Shown here in pieces: positions 12,801-25,228 of a stretch of 64,000 bases of DNA; position 1 is the stretch's first letter; the number at the start of each line of letters is the position of its first letter. The notes beneath the pieces are model-generated. The model was given only the letters and a program-made list of their open reading frames with translations, did not search any database and was not told the origin of the DNA. The DNA lies in assembly GCA_030390025.1 (NCBI GenBank), contig JASTWF010000034.1, positions 2,914,001 through 2,978,000 of the forward strand, read 5' to 3'. Made by a program: the position numbers and the translations under genes. The stretch comes from Squalus acanthias (Eukaryota).

Positions 12801-15300
12801 CTTGGTCTTTTGCTGATTGTAATTTACATTAATGAATTAGATATGAATGTAGGAGGTATGATCAGTATGTTCGCAGATGACACGAAAATTGGTGGAGTGG
12901 TAAATAGCGAGGAGGGAAGCCTGAGGCTACAGGACGATATAGACGGGTTGGTCAGATGAGCAGAACAGTGGCAAATGGATTTTAACCCTGAAAAGTGTGA
13001 GGTGATGCATTTTGGGAGGATTAACAAGGCAAGAGAATACACAATGAATGGTAGGAACCGAGGATGGACAGAGGATCAGAGGGTCCTTGGTGTGCATGTA
13101 CATAGATCCCTGAAGTCAGCAGGACAGGTAGATAAGGTGGCTAAGAAGGCATATGTGATACTTGCCTTCATTAGCCGAGGCATAGTATATAAGAGTAGGG
13201 AGGTTATGATGGAGCTATACAAAATGCTAGTTAGGCCACAGCTGGAATACTGTGTGCAGTTCTGGTCGCCACACTATAGGAAGGATGTGATTGCATTGGA
13301 GAGGGTGCAGAGGAGATTCAGCAGGATGTTACCTGGGCTGGAGCGTTTCAGTTATGAAGAGAGACTGGACAGGATGGGATTGTTTTCCTTAGACCAGAGA
13401 AGGCTGAGGGGACACCTGATTGAGGTGTACACAATTATGAGGGGCATAGATAGAGTAGATAGAAAGGAAGTTTTCCCCTTAGTAGAGGGGGCAATGACCA
13501 GGTAGCATAGTTTCAAGGTAAGGGGCAGGAGGTTTAGAGGGGATTTGAGGGAAAAACAAATCACCCAGAGGATGGTTGGAATCTGGAACTCACTGGCTGA
13601 AAGGGTGGTAGAGGCAGGAACCCTCACAACTTTCAAGAAGGATTTGGATGTGCACTTGAAACGCCATAGCATACAAGGCTACGGACCAAGTGCTGGAAAA
13701 TGAGATTCGAATAGATAGGGCTTGATGGCGGGCGCGGACACGATGGGCCGAAGGCCCTCTTTCTGTGCTGTATAACTCTATGGCTCTATCTGCCAAACAC
13801 ATGGCTGCACACAATAACGACTATTTAACTATGGTAAGCACATCTGCCAAACACATGACTCCACACTCACTCACTCACAAGCTGTCCTTTTTCTTGCAGG
13901 CCAAGTTCTCTCATAACAGACGGTAGCAGCAAAGCATGGGACCAGGACCGGCGGACCTACACCTCCTGACTGAGTTGGAGGACAGAGTGCACAGGATCGT
14001 TGCCAGCCAGGTCATAGGTGCAGTGTCCGCTGGAGAGGTCGACCCCCTTGGGACAGCAATGGTATGTTCATCAGCTTTCTCTCCTCTCTCACACCTCTTC
14101 ACCCTCACAACACCAGCCTTTTACACTTTCAATCCAACTAACTGTCTCCAGTCCTTGCTCCCTTCCTGCCCCCCTGCGCTTATGCTAAAGCCACTCTAGC
14201 ACCTTCCTGCTTTCAGATAGTGAGCCACCTGCTGACCAGCCTGTCCCTCAGCCTGCTAGTGGCAGCAATTTGCTAGTCGAGGAGGAAGAGGAAGCCAGAG
14301 GCTCACCACCTGCATCTCCCAAGGGTGAAACATCAGACACTGGATCCAGGCATTCCCTGGCGGGGAAAAGGGTGTTAGGGTCTGTGAGGGAGAATCTCCT
14401 GGACCCAGCGGGCTACAGCAATGCCATATGGGTAAGGGAAGCAGGCGCGCGAGGTCTGCTGCACAGGACTTGGATGAGGACCTCTTTATCGCGGCCATGA
14501 ATACCCAAGCCTTGAGCATGAACACTGAGCTGATGGGTGCAATGGCAAGGGTGCTTGACAGCATGGATACACTGGCTAGGAGCGTGGAGGAGTCCACCGC
14601 TAGCACAGCTGTCATCTGTGCACAAGCCCTTGAACCCATCCTTGCCTCATTGCAGAGGATGGTTGAATAGCAGGGAGACCGTGGTGAACCAGAGCCGTGT
14701 GTAATGGGTGAGGTGGCACGATCCATTGCAGCACAGACCGACGCAACGCAATGACAAAGTGCTGCAATTCAGTCATTGGATGGTGCCATCCAGTCTCAGA
14801 CTGCTGTCATGCAGTCTCAGATTGATGTCACGCAAGCATGAGTACTGCCATCCTCGCAGGGTCACCCAACGTCCATCAGGGAGATCAAGGTGCGGCAGCA
14901 GGCCAGCAATCTGTGCTGGAGCAGATTGCACCGGATGCTGAGGTTCTGCAACGGGGGAGTGGCAGTGTGTCGGTCGAACAGGAAGGTGCTGCCCACTCTC
15001 AAGTTGACAGCATTCCTGTCCCACCAACGCCACTTCCCCATTGCACTTGGCACGGCCTGCAACACAGCCAGCCCAGCCTGCTGCCGCCCGTGCAGAGTTG
15101 GTGCAGTCTGCAGCCGGGCACTCCAGGCCCAGAGCTGGTCGAGGGCGTCCTTCAAGGCAATCTCTTGATCCAGCATTCAGCAGCCTTCCACCAGCCTTGC
15201 TGCAGACAGTGGAGCCAAATTAGGTGGAGCAGTAGGGTGGGAAAGGGGGAAGTGCGCAGGGGATGGAGGTCACCCTCGAAGGCCAACAGTAGACTCTGTA
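9810..15300 (+). pseudogene. Harbinger Myb/SANT-like (trihelix) DNA-binding protein, multi-exon, disrupted
   Basis: Exon 1 encodes RARRFSDEALVALV...W...W...RTHTQCRMKFNYL. Exon 2 follows ttgcag at 13900 and has an in-frame TAG at 13924. Exon 3 follows tttcag at 14217 and is frameshifted. Confidence 0.8.
10326..13787 (+). mobile_element. 5'-truncated degenerate CR1 LINE inserted in the Harbinger Myb-gene intron
   Basis: ORF1 esterase remnant, endonuclease (IYFNARS, AITETWL) and RT (DFSKAFDKV, RPQLEYC) fragments, and tail ataactctatggctctat. It splits a ~52-bp repeat (ctgccaaacacatggctgcacac) that continues on both sides. Confidence 0.93.
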
Positions 15301-15599
15301 AATAAATCGGGGAATGTTTGTTGGAAAGTTCGAGGTTGTTGTTATTATATTTGTTTACTGTTTTGCCGTTTATGTCCATGTTGTGAGGACAAGTTTTGTT
15401 AGTTCATGAATTGTTGGGTCTGTTTCTAATTGTTTGTCCTGAATAAATTACACAGATTTTGTAACATAAATATTTTTAGAAATTCTAACTTTACATCTTT
15501 CCTGATTTGAATCATTGCAGCTTTGCCCGGCAATATGGTGTGCGGGATGCTTTCAGTGATGTGCTTCTTCATCCCAGAAGCCATCTTCTCAGTAAGGGA

Positions 15600-16767
15600 T
15601 TAGAATCGGTGTCTTATCAGCCATTCACGGACAGCCCTTGCAATGGCAACATGGTGCGCCTCCCTGCCACGTTGGTGCTGCTGATCCTCCTCTTCAACCT
15701 CCTCCTCATCCTCCTCCTCAGGTGGTGCACCAATCCCTGGTGGCAATAGCTGGGCCCTCATGATTGCAATGTTTTGAAGCATGTAGCACACAACAATAAA
15801 GAGGGAGACTTGCTCGGGATAGTACTGCAGGGCTCCCTCTGAGTGGTCCAGACACCGGAACCTTTGTTTCAAGTCACCGGTCGTGTGCTCAATGAGGTTC
15901 CTGGTGGAGCTATGGCTCTCATTGTATTGCAGCTCGGCAGGGGTGTTGGGTTTATGGAGCGGTGTCATCAGCCAGGTGCAGAGTGGATAACCCTTGTCCC
16001 CAAGGAGCCATCCACTAGGTTGATGCGGTGGTTGGAAAAGGTCTGCGACACCAGTCTGCCGCAGGATAAAAGTATCGTGGCTGCTGCCAAGATAGCGGGC
16101 ATTGACGGCGAGGATGAGCTGTCTGTGGTCACACACCAACTGGACATTCAGAGAGTGGATTCCCTTGTGGTTTCGGAACACCTCTGCATTGTCATAAGTT
16201 GCCCACAATGACACATGCGTGTAGTCAATGGCGCCCTGAACCATGGGGAAGCCCACTATTCTCGCACAGCCACATGCGCGTTTGTGCTGTTTGTCCCGGG
16301 TCGTCGGGAGAGATGTACTGGCGTCTCCTCTTCTACAAAGCCTTTGTCACCTCCTGGATGCAACAATGAACAGCAAACTGGGAGATATTCACTATGTCCC
16401 CAGTAGAAGTCTGAAAGGGACAGCTGACTTCGAAATTCAGAGCCACTGTCACCTTCACTGCCATCGACAGAGACGTCCTGATCCTGAACTAAGGCTGCAG
16501 ATCTGGTTGCAGGAGGTGGCAGAGCTCAGTTTCCACCTCCTTGCTGACCCGCAGTCTTTGGAAACACTGCTCCTCAGACAAATGGATATAGGAGGAGAAT
16601 TGCTCCCGGAATACCCTGGGAGGATAAGGTCTCCTGTGCAGAGGCCTGTTGACCCTCCTCCCTCTGACAATGTTTGCCACTGTCTCTCTGCGCCTCTGCT
16701 GTCTCTGAAGGTGAAGCTGGACAATGAAGAAGCCCCGAGTTAGTGCAGCCCCCATCGAAGCTTCCAT
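15600..16767 (-). pseudogene. HARBI1-like Harbinger DDE transposase, interrupted
   Basis: Motifs GAIDYTH, GSSHD, LLGDKGY and RNLIEHT...LKQRFRCL. The N-terminal ORF 16489-16767 is separated from 15600-16256 by a stop/frameshift. Confidence 0.92.
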
Positions 16768-17469
16768 ATATCGTTAGAAGGAAGGTGAAATAAAAATGAA
16801 CCTCCAAAGTTGTTCTCAGGACCCAAAACTCTTTCGGTCAGCGTCGAATCTCTCCAGACGTCTGTCTCCCTCTCAACCTGTGTGTACCAAAAATTTTGCC
16901 GACAAGAAAAGACAGGAAGCGGCCGCCTTTAAATAGCGCTCCCACAGCTCCTTCCTGACTTGAAAACGTTCCCCTCTACCTGTCGTTCCTAGCGGCAGGC
17001 GGAAAGGCAGGGGACGTGACCCATTATCCGGTCCGGGGTGTTACCGGGGCGTTGCACTCTCGCATGATGTCACGATCTGCGAGTGCAGGAGAACGTTGCG
17101 GCATTCTTTAGCACCGCTGCAAAAAGACTGGTCTATTTCGCTAGTGGCGCTAAAATAGCCGTGCTCGGGCGCTAAGTATCGAGCACACGGATAGCGCCCC
17201 CGAATGCGCTAAGGGGAGGCGCAAACCAACCGGCTTTTCCCCCGCATGTTTAACTGTGTTTCTCTCTTTGTCGTTCCCCATCCCATCCGCGCTGCTGTCA
17301 GCTATTGATTCTGATCGTGATATTGTGTTACCAACATTAAAATGTTCTATATTCAACTCAAATAAATTTATTGGAGGTGACTCTTTATTTAACGAATTTC
17401 AATCTGCTACCGACACTGAACATTTGTATCAGGTCAGAAGAATGCTGTCTTGGTTTAGGAGACTTTTCA

Positions 17470-17615
17470 CCTAATGGCGAAAGGCCATGGACCTGAAACT
17501 AGAACTCTGTTTCTCTCTCTCTCCACAGATACTGTCTAACCCGCTGAGTATTTCCATCATTTTCTGTTTTAATTTCAGATTTCCAGTATCCTCAGTATTT
17601 TGCTTTTGTTTTCAC
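17470..17615 (+). mobile_element. Degenerate Penelope terminal fragment
   Basis: gacctgaaac...ctctccacagatactg...ttcagatttccagtatcctcagtattttgct matches the family at 2671 and 27573. Confidence 0.7.
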
Positions 17616-18922
17616 CTAATGCTCGGTATGGTTACTTACAGAGTCACAGGAACAAATCCTGGCAGATCACATCCACATCTTTAAATGTCTGAAATATCCG
17701 CTAATCATTCAGTTCCAGTCAGTGTCTCCTTTTTCACCCTCTCCAGTTCTGCATTATTGGCACTGCTTCTGATGGCTAAAGTATGATTACAAGAATAATT
17801 TACATTCTCACAAAACGTTAATTCAGCCAGATTTCAATACATTTCTTTCTGATCATGTTTTGAATTTACAGTTGGATCCCATGCCCGTCTGTCATAGTAC
17901 AGTGGATCTGTCAGTTTGACCCAGAGTGATTCTCTATTGCATCCGGCTGTACTTCAGGATAAATACTCCCAGCTGATTGTAACTGAAGCACTGAGGATAA
18001 GAAAATCCTTTGATATCTTCTCGTCTAATATTCTCTGCACAAGTTGGAAACAACAGGTGAAAAAGTACAAGGATAAATCTCTTCCATTTGTGTTCAGATA
18101 CTTTACAACAGCATTCGGCAGCACTTTGCCTGTGGGTTAAGTTGGCTGATTTCGATGCTGATAAATGAATTTAGTGGGACATTACCTGGTCAATCATCAG
18201 TATTTACTTTAATTCAGAGGCCATTACTTGCAATGTTACTTGGCAAATCTTCCTTTCAATGAGCTAGAATTTGAGTATTTCAACAAAAATGCAGTAAACT
18301 CAATCTCCAAAATATATCTGATAACCCAGTTATCTTTATTACTACAGTGCACTTGTATTTATTATCTTAGCATTGTCGTATTACATCCGTACCTTTTATA
18401 TACAATTGCTTGTAATTATTGCATGCCAAGGATGCAGTTTCTGCATTTTGCTGTTGCATTCATTTTCAGTTCTAAATAAAATGGATATTCTAACCAAGAG
18501 CAGGAATCCAAGCGGGATTTCCCCCTCCCTAACACAGTTACACAGAAGCGAACTGCACCGCTCCAAATGCTGACTGATCCCGGGACATGAAGGCTTCCTG
18601 AGAGGGTCTGGTCCTTTGTGTCCCTGGTACCTCGAGCGGTGCTTTTGTCTGCTGGGCTAAATTTAGATCGATCATTTAATCTCTCCTTGATCAAACATCT
18701 GTTACTTTCATAATGTATTTATTCCATTTCATTTGTTGATTCCACAATGTATTCCCGATTATTCTTACAATAAGCTCCGTATTTTGCTTCACAGGTACTA
18801 GGATTAGATTATATCATTGAATGTCGGTTATCAGTTGCAGATTTCACCCCGAATTCCATCAAACTGCTGCTTTTGCTCCCACCCTGATGTATAATTTCCC
18901 TGTTTATTTCCCTTCCTCACAG

Positions 18923-19824
18923 TTAACTTAATAACGATTGTGATCCTGTCTCGGGGAAAGTGTGATCTCTCCAAATGTGTCACTCGCTACCTGGTGGCCA
19001 TGGCAGCGGCGGATCTACTGGTCGTTATCCTCGACCTGATATTGAGGCACATTCCCATTCTTTATAAGGAACAGCTTGATTTCGTGTGGTCCATCCGCGT
19101 GTGTAATATCCACGCCGTCCTGCTGTTCGCAGCCACAGACTGTTCTGTCTGGTTCACCGTCACTTTCACCTTTGATCGATTTGTGGCCATTTGTTGCCAG
19201 AAGCTGAAAACTAAATATTGCACCGAGAAAACGGCGGCTGTGATTCTGGGAATAGTGACTGTGCTGAGCGGTTTAAAGGACATCACCTGGTATTTTATGT
19301 TCAGAGGTCGGTATAGGCATGGGAACCAGCCCTGGTTTTGTGATATCACAATCGATGTTCGGAATTCACGGGTCTGGGGAACAATCGAGCTCGTTCATTA
19401 TATTCTCACCCCGTGTGTCCCATTTGTGGTGATTGTGCTGCTCAATGCTGTCACCGTCAGACACATTTTAGTGGCCAGCAGAGCCCGCAGGAGACTCCGG
19501 GGTCCCAGCAGTGGGGAGTGTCCCAGAGACCCAGAGATGGAGAGCCGCAGGAAATCCATCATTTTACTGCTTGTTATCTCCGGCAATTTCATCCTGTTAT
19601 GGGCAATGTTTATGGTGTATTCTATATGGAGCCGGATGTTTTATTTGGGGGATAATTCTGTATTTATACCATATTATGTAATGGAACTGGGATTCATGCT
19701 GCAGCTGCTGAGTTGCTGCACAAACACTGGGATTTATGCCGTGACCCAGACTAAGTTTAGACAGCAGTTGAAGAATGTGGGAAAATATCCCTTTACTCTG
19801 ATTGTAAAATTCATTAAAGGATGA
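18923..19824 (+). CDS. GPR139/GPR142-like class A orphan GPCR, coding exon 2
   Basis: Polypyrimidine tract and acceptor AG at 18921-18922, phase 1. Uninterrupted ORF with LVAMAAADL (TM2), FTFDRFVAIC (DRY-like), hydrophobic TM4-TM6 and SCCTNTGIY (TM7). Confidence 0.92.
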
Positions 19825-19877
19825 GAAGAAGCGGAGACTTTGCAACCTGAGAGTTGAGAATTCCCTGGGCCTGATAT

Positions 19878-22670
19878 TGTGGCGCCCCGCACAAAGATGG
19901 CGGCTCTGGGGCTCCGCACAAATATGGCGGCTCTGGAGCCCAGCACAAAGATGGCGGCTCCGCGGTCCAGCACATATATGGCGGCTCTGGGGCACCACAC
20001 AAAGATGGCGGCTCTGGGGTCCCGACCAAAGATGGCGGCTCCGGATCCCAGCACAAATATGGCGGCTCTGGGGCACCGCTCAAAAATGGCGGCTCTGGGG
20101 TCCCGTCCAAAGATGGCGGCTCCGGGTCCCAGCACAAAGATGGCGGCTCTGGGGCTCCGCACAAAAATGGCGGCTCTCGGGTCCCGCCCAAAGATGGCGG
20201 CTCTGGAGCCCCGGACAAAGATGGCAGCTCTGGAGCCTCGCACAAAAATGGCGGCTCTGGGGCCCCGGACAAAGACGGCTGCTCTGGGGCCCTGGACAAA
20301 GTTGGCGGCTCTGGGGCTCCGCATAAAGATGGCGGCTCCAGGGCGAGGCACAAAGATGGCAGCTCTGGGGCCTCGCACAAAGATGGCCACTCCGGGACAC
20401 CGCACAAAAATGGCGGCTCTGGGGTTCCGGCAGAAAGATGGCTGCTCTGGGGCCCAGCACAAAGCTGGCGGCTGTGGGGCTCCGACAAAAATGGCGGCTT
20501 CGGGGCCCCGCATAAAGATGGCGGCTCTGGGGCCCCGCACAAAGATGGCGTCTCCGGGGAACCGCACAAAAATGGCGGCTCTGGGTTCCCACCCAAAAAA
20601 TGGCGGCTCTGGTGCCGCGCAAAAAGCTGTCGGCTCCGGCGCCCCGCACAAAGATGGCGGCTCTGGGTCCCGCCCAAAATTGGCAACTCCGCGGCCCAGC
20701 ACAAAGATGTCGGCTCTGGGGCCCAGCACAAAGATGGCGGCTCTGGGGCCCAGCACAAAAAGGTGACTTTGGTGCCCAGCACATAGATGGCGGCTCTGGG
20801 GAACTGGCCAAAAATGGCGGCTCTGTAGCCCCGCACATCGACGGCGGCTCTGGGGCACCGCATAAAGTTGGCAGCTCCGGGGCCTAGCACGAAGATGGCG
20901 GCTCTGGGGCCCCGCACAAAGATGGCGGCTCTGGGGCTCCGCACAAAAATGGCGGCTCAGGGGCACAGCACAAAGGTGGCGGCTCCGCGGCCCGCACAAC
21001 GATGGCAGCTCTGGGGCACCGCACAAATGTGGCGAGTTTGGGGCCCCGCACAAAGATGGCGGCTCTGGGGATCCGCACAAAGATGGCGGCTCTGGAGCAC
21101 AGCACAAAATTGCGGCTCTGGGTTGCAGCACAAACATGGCGGCTCCGGGGACCCGCACAAAAATGGCGGCTCTGGGTTCCCACCCAAAAAGTGGCGGCTC
21201 TGGCGCCCCGCAAAAAGCTGTCGGCTCCGGCGCCCCGCACATAGCTGGCGGCTCTGGTACCCGCCCAAAATTGGCGGCTTCGCGGCCCAGCACAAAGATG
21301 GCGGCTCTGGTGCCCCGCACAAGGATGGCGGCTCTGGGGCCCCGCACAATGATGGCGGCTCTGGGGCCCAGCACAAAAATGGCTGCTCTGGAGCCCCGCA
21401 CATAGACGGCGGCTCTGGGGCACCGCATAAAGTTGGCAGCTCAGGGGCCTAGCTCGAAGATGGCGGCTCTGGGACTCCGCACAAAGATGGCGGGTCTGGG
21501 GCTCCGCACAAAATTGGCGGCTCAGGGGCACAGCACAACGATGGCAGCTCTGGAGTACCGCACAAAGATGGCGGCTCTGGGGCACAGCACAAAATGGCGG
21601 CTCTGGGGCGCAGCACAAAAATGGCGGCTCCGGGGCACAGCACAATGATGGCGGCTCTGGGGCCACGCACAAAGATGGCGGCTCCGGGGCCCAGCACAAA
21701 GATGGCGGCTCCGGTGCTCCGCACAAAGATGGCGGCTCTGGGGCTCCGCACAAAGATGGCGGGTCTGGGGCTTCGCACAAAATTGGCGGCTCAGGGGCAC
21801 AGCACAACGATGGCAGCTCTGGGGCACCGCACAAATGTGCCGACTTTGGGGCCCCGCACAAAAATGGCGGCTCTGGAGTACCGCACAAAGATGGCGGCTC
21901 TGGGGCACAGCACAAAATGGCGGCTCTGGGGCGCAGCACAAAAATGGCGGCTCCGGGGCCCAGCACAATGATGGCGGCTCTGGGGCCACGCAAAAAGATG
22001 GCGGATCCGGGGCCCAGCACAAAGATGGCGGCTCCGGGGCCCCGCACAAAGATGGCGGCTCCGGTGCTCCGCACAAAGATGGCGGCTCTGGTGCACCGCA
22101 GAAACGGGTGACTCTGGGGCCCCGCACAAAGATGGCGGCTCTGGCGATCAGCACAAAATGGCGGCTCTGGGTCCCAACACAAAGGTGGCTGCTCCGGGGC
22201 CCAGCACAAAGATGGCGGCTCTGGGGCCCAGCACAAAAATGGCGTCTCTGAGGGTCCGCAAAAATGGCGGCGCTGGGGCCATGCACAAATATGGCGACTC
22301 CAGCGCCCGACAGAAAGATGGCGCATTTGGAGCCCCGCTAATAGATGGCGGAATTGGGGCCCCGCACAAAGATGGTGGCAGAGGGGTCCCGCACAAAAAT
22401 GTTGGCACTGGGGCTCCGCACAAAGATGGTGCCACTGGGGCTCCGCACAAAGATGGCGGCTCTGGAGCCCCGCACAAAGATGGTGGCACAGGGGCCCCGC
22501 TTAAAGATGGTGGCACTGGGGCCCTGCACATAGATGGCGGCTCTGGAGCCCCGCTCAAAGATGGTGGCAATGGGGCTCCGCACAAGGATTGCGGCACTGG
22601 GGCCCCGCAAAAAATGGCGGCTCTGGGGCCCCGCACAAAAATGGCGGCTCTGAGGCACCGCACAAGGATT
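19878..22670. repeat. 27-bp CpG-rich tandem repeat (~100 copies), each carrying a YY1-type motif
   Basis: Unit cgcacaAAGATGGCGGCtctggggccc; the 9-codon period yields the MAALGPRTK-type ORFs. Confidence 0.95.
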
Positions 22671-22964
22671 GTGGATGTCAGTCGGGGTCTTTCCCTGGCG
22701 GCGACAGGCGAGTGTCCGGATGGCGGGAGCAGTTGGAGTCCCGGTTACTGTGAGAGCGGGTGGCGAGTCGGAGCAGCCTGGCCCAGCACGGCCCAGAGGA
22801 CCTCGAGCAGCCCAGCCCGGGGAGGAGATGGCCCGGCACCAGGACTTTATTACTCATTACAACACTTTAAAATCATTACACAACTTTACAGATCTTTTAT
22901 AACACTTTATAAATCATTATGACCGTTAATAAAACATTATGATGCTTTTTGAATGATTATAACT

Positions 22965-23340
22965 AATTCTTGGGATGTGGGCACCGCTGACAAAGCCAGC
23001 ATTTATTGCCATCCCTTAAGCAGGTGATGGTGAGCCACCTGAGACAAGTGAGTGTCTTGATGAGCTATTTCAGAGGTCAGTTAATAATCAGCCACATTGC
23101 AGTGGGTCTGGAATCACATTTCAGCCAGACCAGGTAAGAACGGTAGATTGCCGTCCCGAAAAGCCATTAGTGAACCAGGTGGGTTTTTATTCCAGATTTA
23201 CACAAGCTTTTTATTCCAGATTTGTTTAATTAATGGCATTTAAATTCCCCCAGCTTCTGGGATTTGAACACATGTCTTTAGATTATTTGCCCAGTCATCT
23301 GGTTTACTAGTCCAGCAACATAACCACTATGCTACCGTAA
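22965..23340 (-). mobile_element. tRNA-derived SINE (old, family unassigned)
   Basis: Minus-strand head ggtagcatagtggttatg...gtgttcaaatccc; its tail is similar to the LINE 3' end at 23345-23515. Confidence 0.6.
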
Positions 23341-23344
23341 CCTT

Positions 23345-23515
23345 CAAATATATCGTTGTTCCTTCATCGTCACTGGGTCAAAAGCTTGTGGGAGCACCTT
23401 CACCACACGGACTGCAGCGGCTCAAGATGAAGGCCCACCATTTTCTCATGGGTAACCAGGGATGGGCAAGTGATACCAATCTTGACAGCGTCACCCCTAG
23501 CCTGAGAACAAATAC
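23345..23515 (+). mobile_element. LINE 3' end fragment (CR1-related)
   Basis: caccacacggactgcagcggctcaag...ggatgggcaa resembles shark LINE 3' ends. Confidence 0.55.
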
Positions 23516-24327
23516 ATCGAAATAATAAAATAGGATTAAAATCAATGCTTTTATAATTCATTGATTGAAACCAGATGAGGCCTGTGATCAGAGCGGGGCT
23601 TACAGTACGCTAAACAAATTGTCAACACCACTTGGATCTCCAATTCTATCGTTGTATGATTGATACTGCTCACACTGTACCAATTTCCCAATCATTACAA
23701 AAGGTTCTTGATAATGGATCACATATTACCACAATTGAAGCCCATGGGATTAAAGTGGCAGTGACAACAGTGAGTGGTGTGGGGTGTATCAGCATGTAAG
23801 AGAGAGTTACATTAAGGGATGTATCAGAGTGTTACAATGGGTGGTGTGGGGTTTATCAGCGTGTTGTAGTGAGGTATGTTCGGTACATCAGAGTGTTACA
23901 GTGAGTAGTGTGGGGTATATCCGAGTGTTACAGTGAGGGGTGTGGGGTTTATCAAAGTGTTGTAGTGAGGTGTGTGGGGTATATCATAGTTTTACCGTGA
24001 ACGGTGTGGGGTATATCAGAGAGTTACAGTGAGGGGTGTGGTGGATATCGCAGTGTTACAGTGAGGGGTGTGGGGGTATATCAGTGTTACAGTGAGGGGT
24101 GTGGGGTACATCCGAGTAATACAATGAGCGGTGTTGGGAATATCAGAGTTTTACAGTGAGAAGTGTGGTGTATAACAGAGTTTTACAATCAGGGGTGTAG
24201 GTTTATATGAGTGTTTTACATTGAGGGGTGTCGGGTATATCAGAGTGTTACAGCGCGGGGTTTGGAATATATCAGACAGTGTTACAGTGACGGGCGTGGA
24301 GTAAAACGGTGTGTTACAGTGAGAGGT

Positions 24328-25150
24328 TTAAGAACATAAGAACGTAAGAAATAGGAGCAGGAGTAGATCATTCAGACCCTTGAGCCTGCTCTGCCATTCA
24401 ATGAGATCATGGCTGATTTTCTGCCTCAATCCTTTCACCTGCCTTATTCGATATCCCTTCATGCCATTACTAGTCAGAAATCTATCGACTTCTGTTTCGA
24501 ATATATTCAATGACTGAGCATCCACAGCCTTATAGGGTAGATAATTCCAAAGATTCACCACCCTCTGTTTGAAGAAATGTCTGTATTAGAGTTAGATATA
24601 TTTCTTAAGGCGAAGGGGATCAAGGGATATGGGGATAAAGCAATGACAGGGTACTGAATTTGGATGATCAGCCATGATCGTATTGAATGGCGGAGCAGAC
24701 TCGACGGGCCGAATGGCCTACTCCATCTCCTCTCTTCTATGCTTCTCATCTCAGTCCTGAATGGCCTACCCTTTATCATGAGGCTGTGGCCCCTGGTTCT
24801 AGACTCCCCAGCCAAGGGAAACATTCTCCCAGCATCCAACCTATCAAGCCCTGTAATAATGTTTTATGCTTCAATAAGATCCCCACTCATTCTTCTGAAT
24901 TCAAGAGAATACAGGACTAGTTTACTCAATCTCTTCTCATACGACAGTCCCGCCTTCCCAGGAATCAATCTCGTGAACTTTCGTTGCACTCCCTCTATGG
25001 CAAGTATATCCTTCCTTAGGTAAGGAGACAAAAATTGCACACAGTACTCCAGGTGTGGTCTCATCAAGGCACTATACAAAGGGAGGTAGACTTCTTCACA
25101 CCTGTACTCTAATCCTCTTGTAATGAAGGCCAGCATACCATTTGCCTTCC
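24328..25150 (-). mobile_element. CR1 3' fragment with a nested plus-strand CR1 tail (~24585-24742)
   Basis: Minus-strand ORFs with RPHLEYC, DAGRMFPL and VNLWN; the oppositely oriented tail ends ctcttctatg. Confidence 0.88.
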
Positions 25151-25228
25151 TTGGGGTATGTAAGAGAGTGTTACAATCAGGAGTGTGGGGTATATCAGTG
25201 TGTTGCAGTGAGAGGTGTGTGGTTTATC

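Larger units (their letters stand above)
9810..17243. mobile_element. PIF/Harbinger DNA transposon (degenerate; left terminus missing)
   Basis: Convergent Myb/SANT gene (+) and DDE transposase (-), the canonical Harbinger two-gene layout. GC-rich terminal region ends ...ggcttttccccc at ~17243. No matching left TIR was found. Confidence 0.88.

Noticed and set aside
15600..16767. Domesticated HARBI1 gene
   Set aside because: The frame is interrupted and it is paired with a Myb gene inside a transposon body.
19734..22922. Long ORFs on both strands (up to 564 aa)
   Set aside because: They arise from a stop-free 27-bp GC-rich repeat; frames shift at indels and no domain is recognisable.
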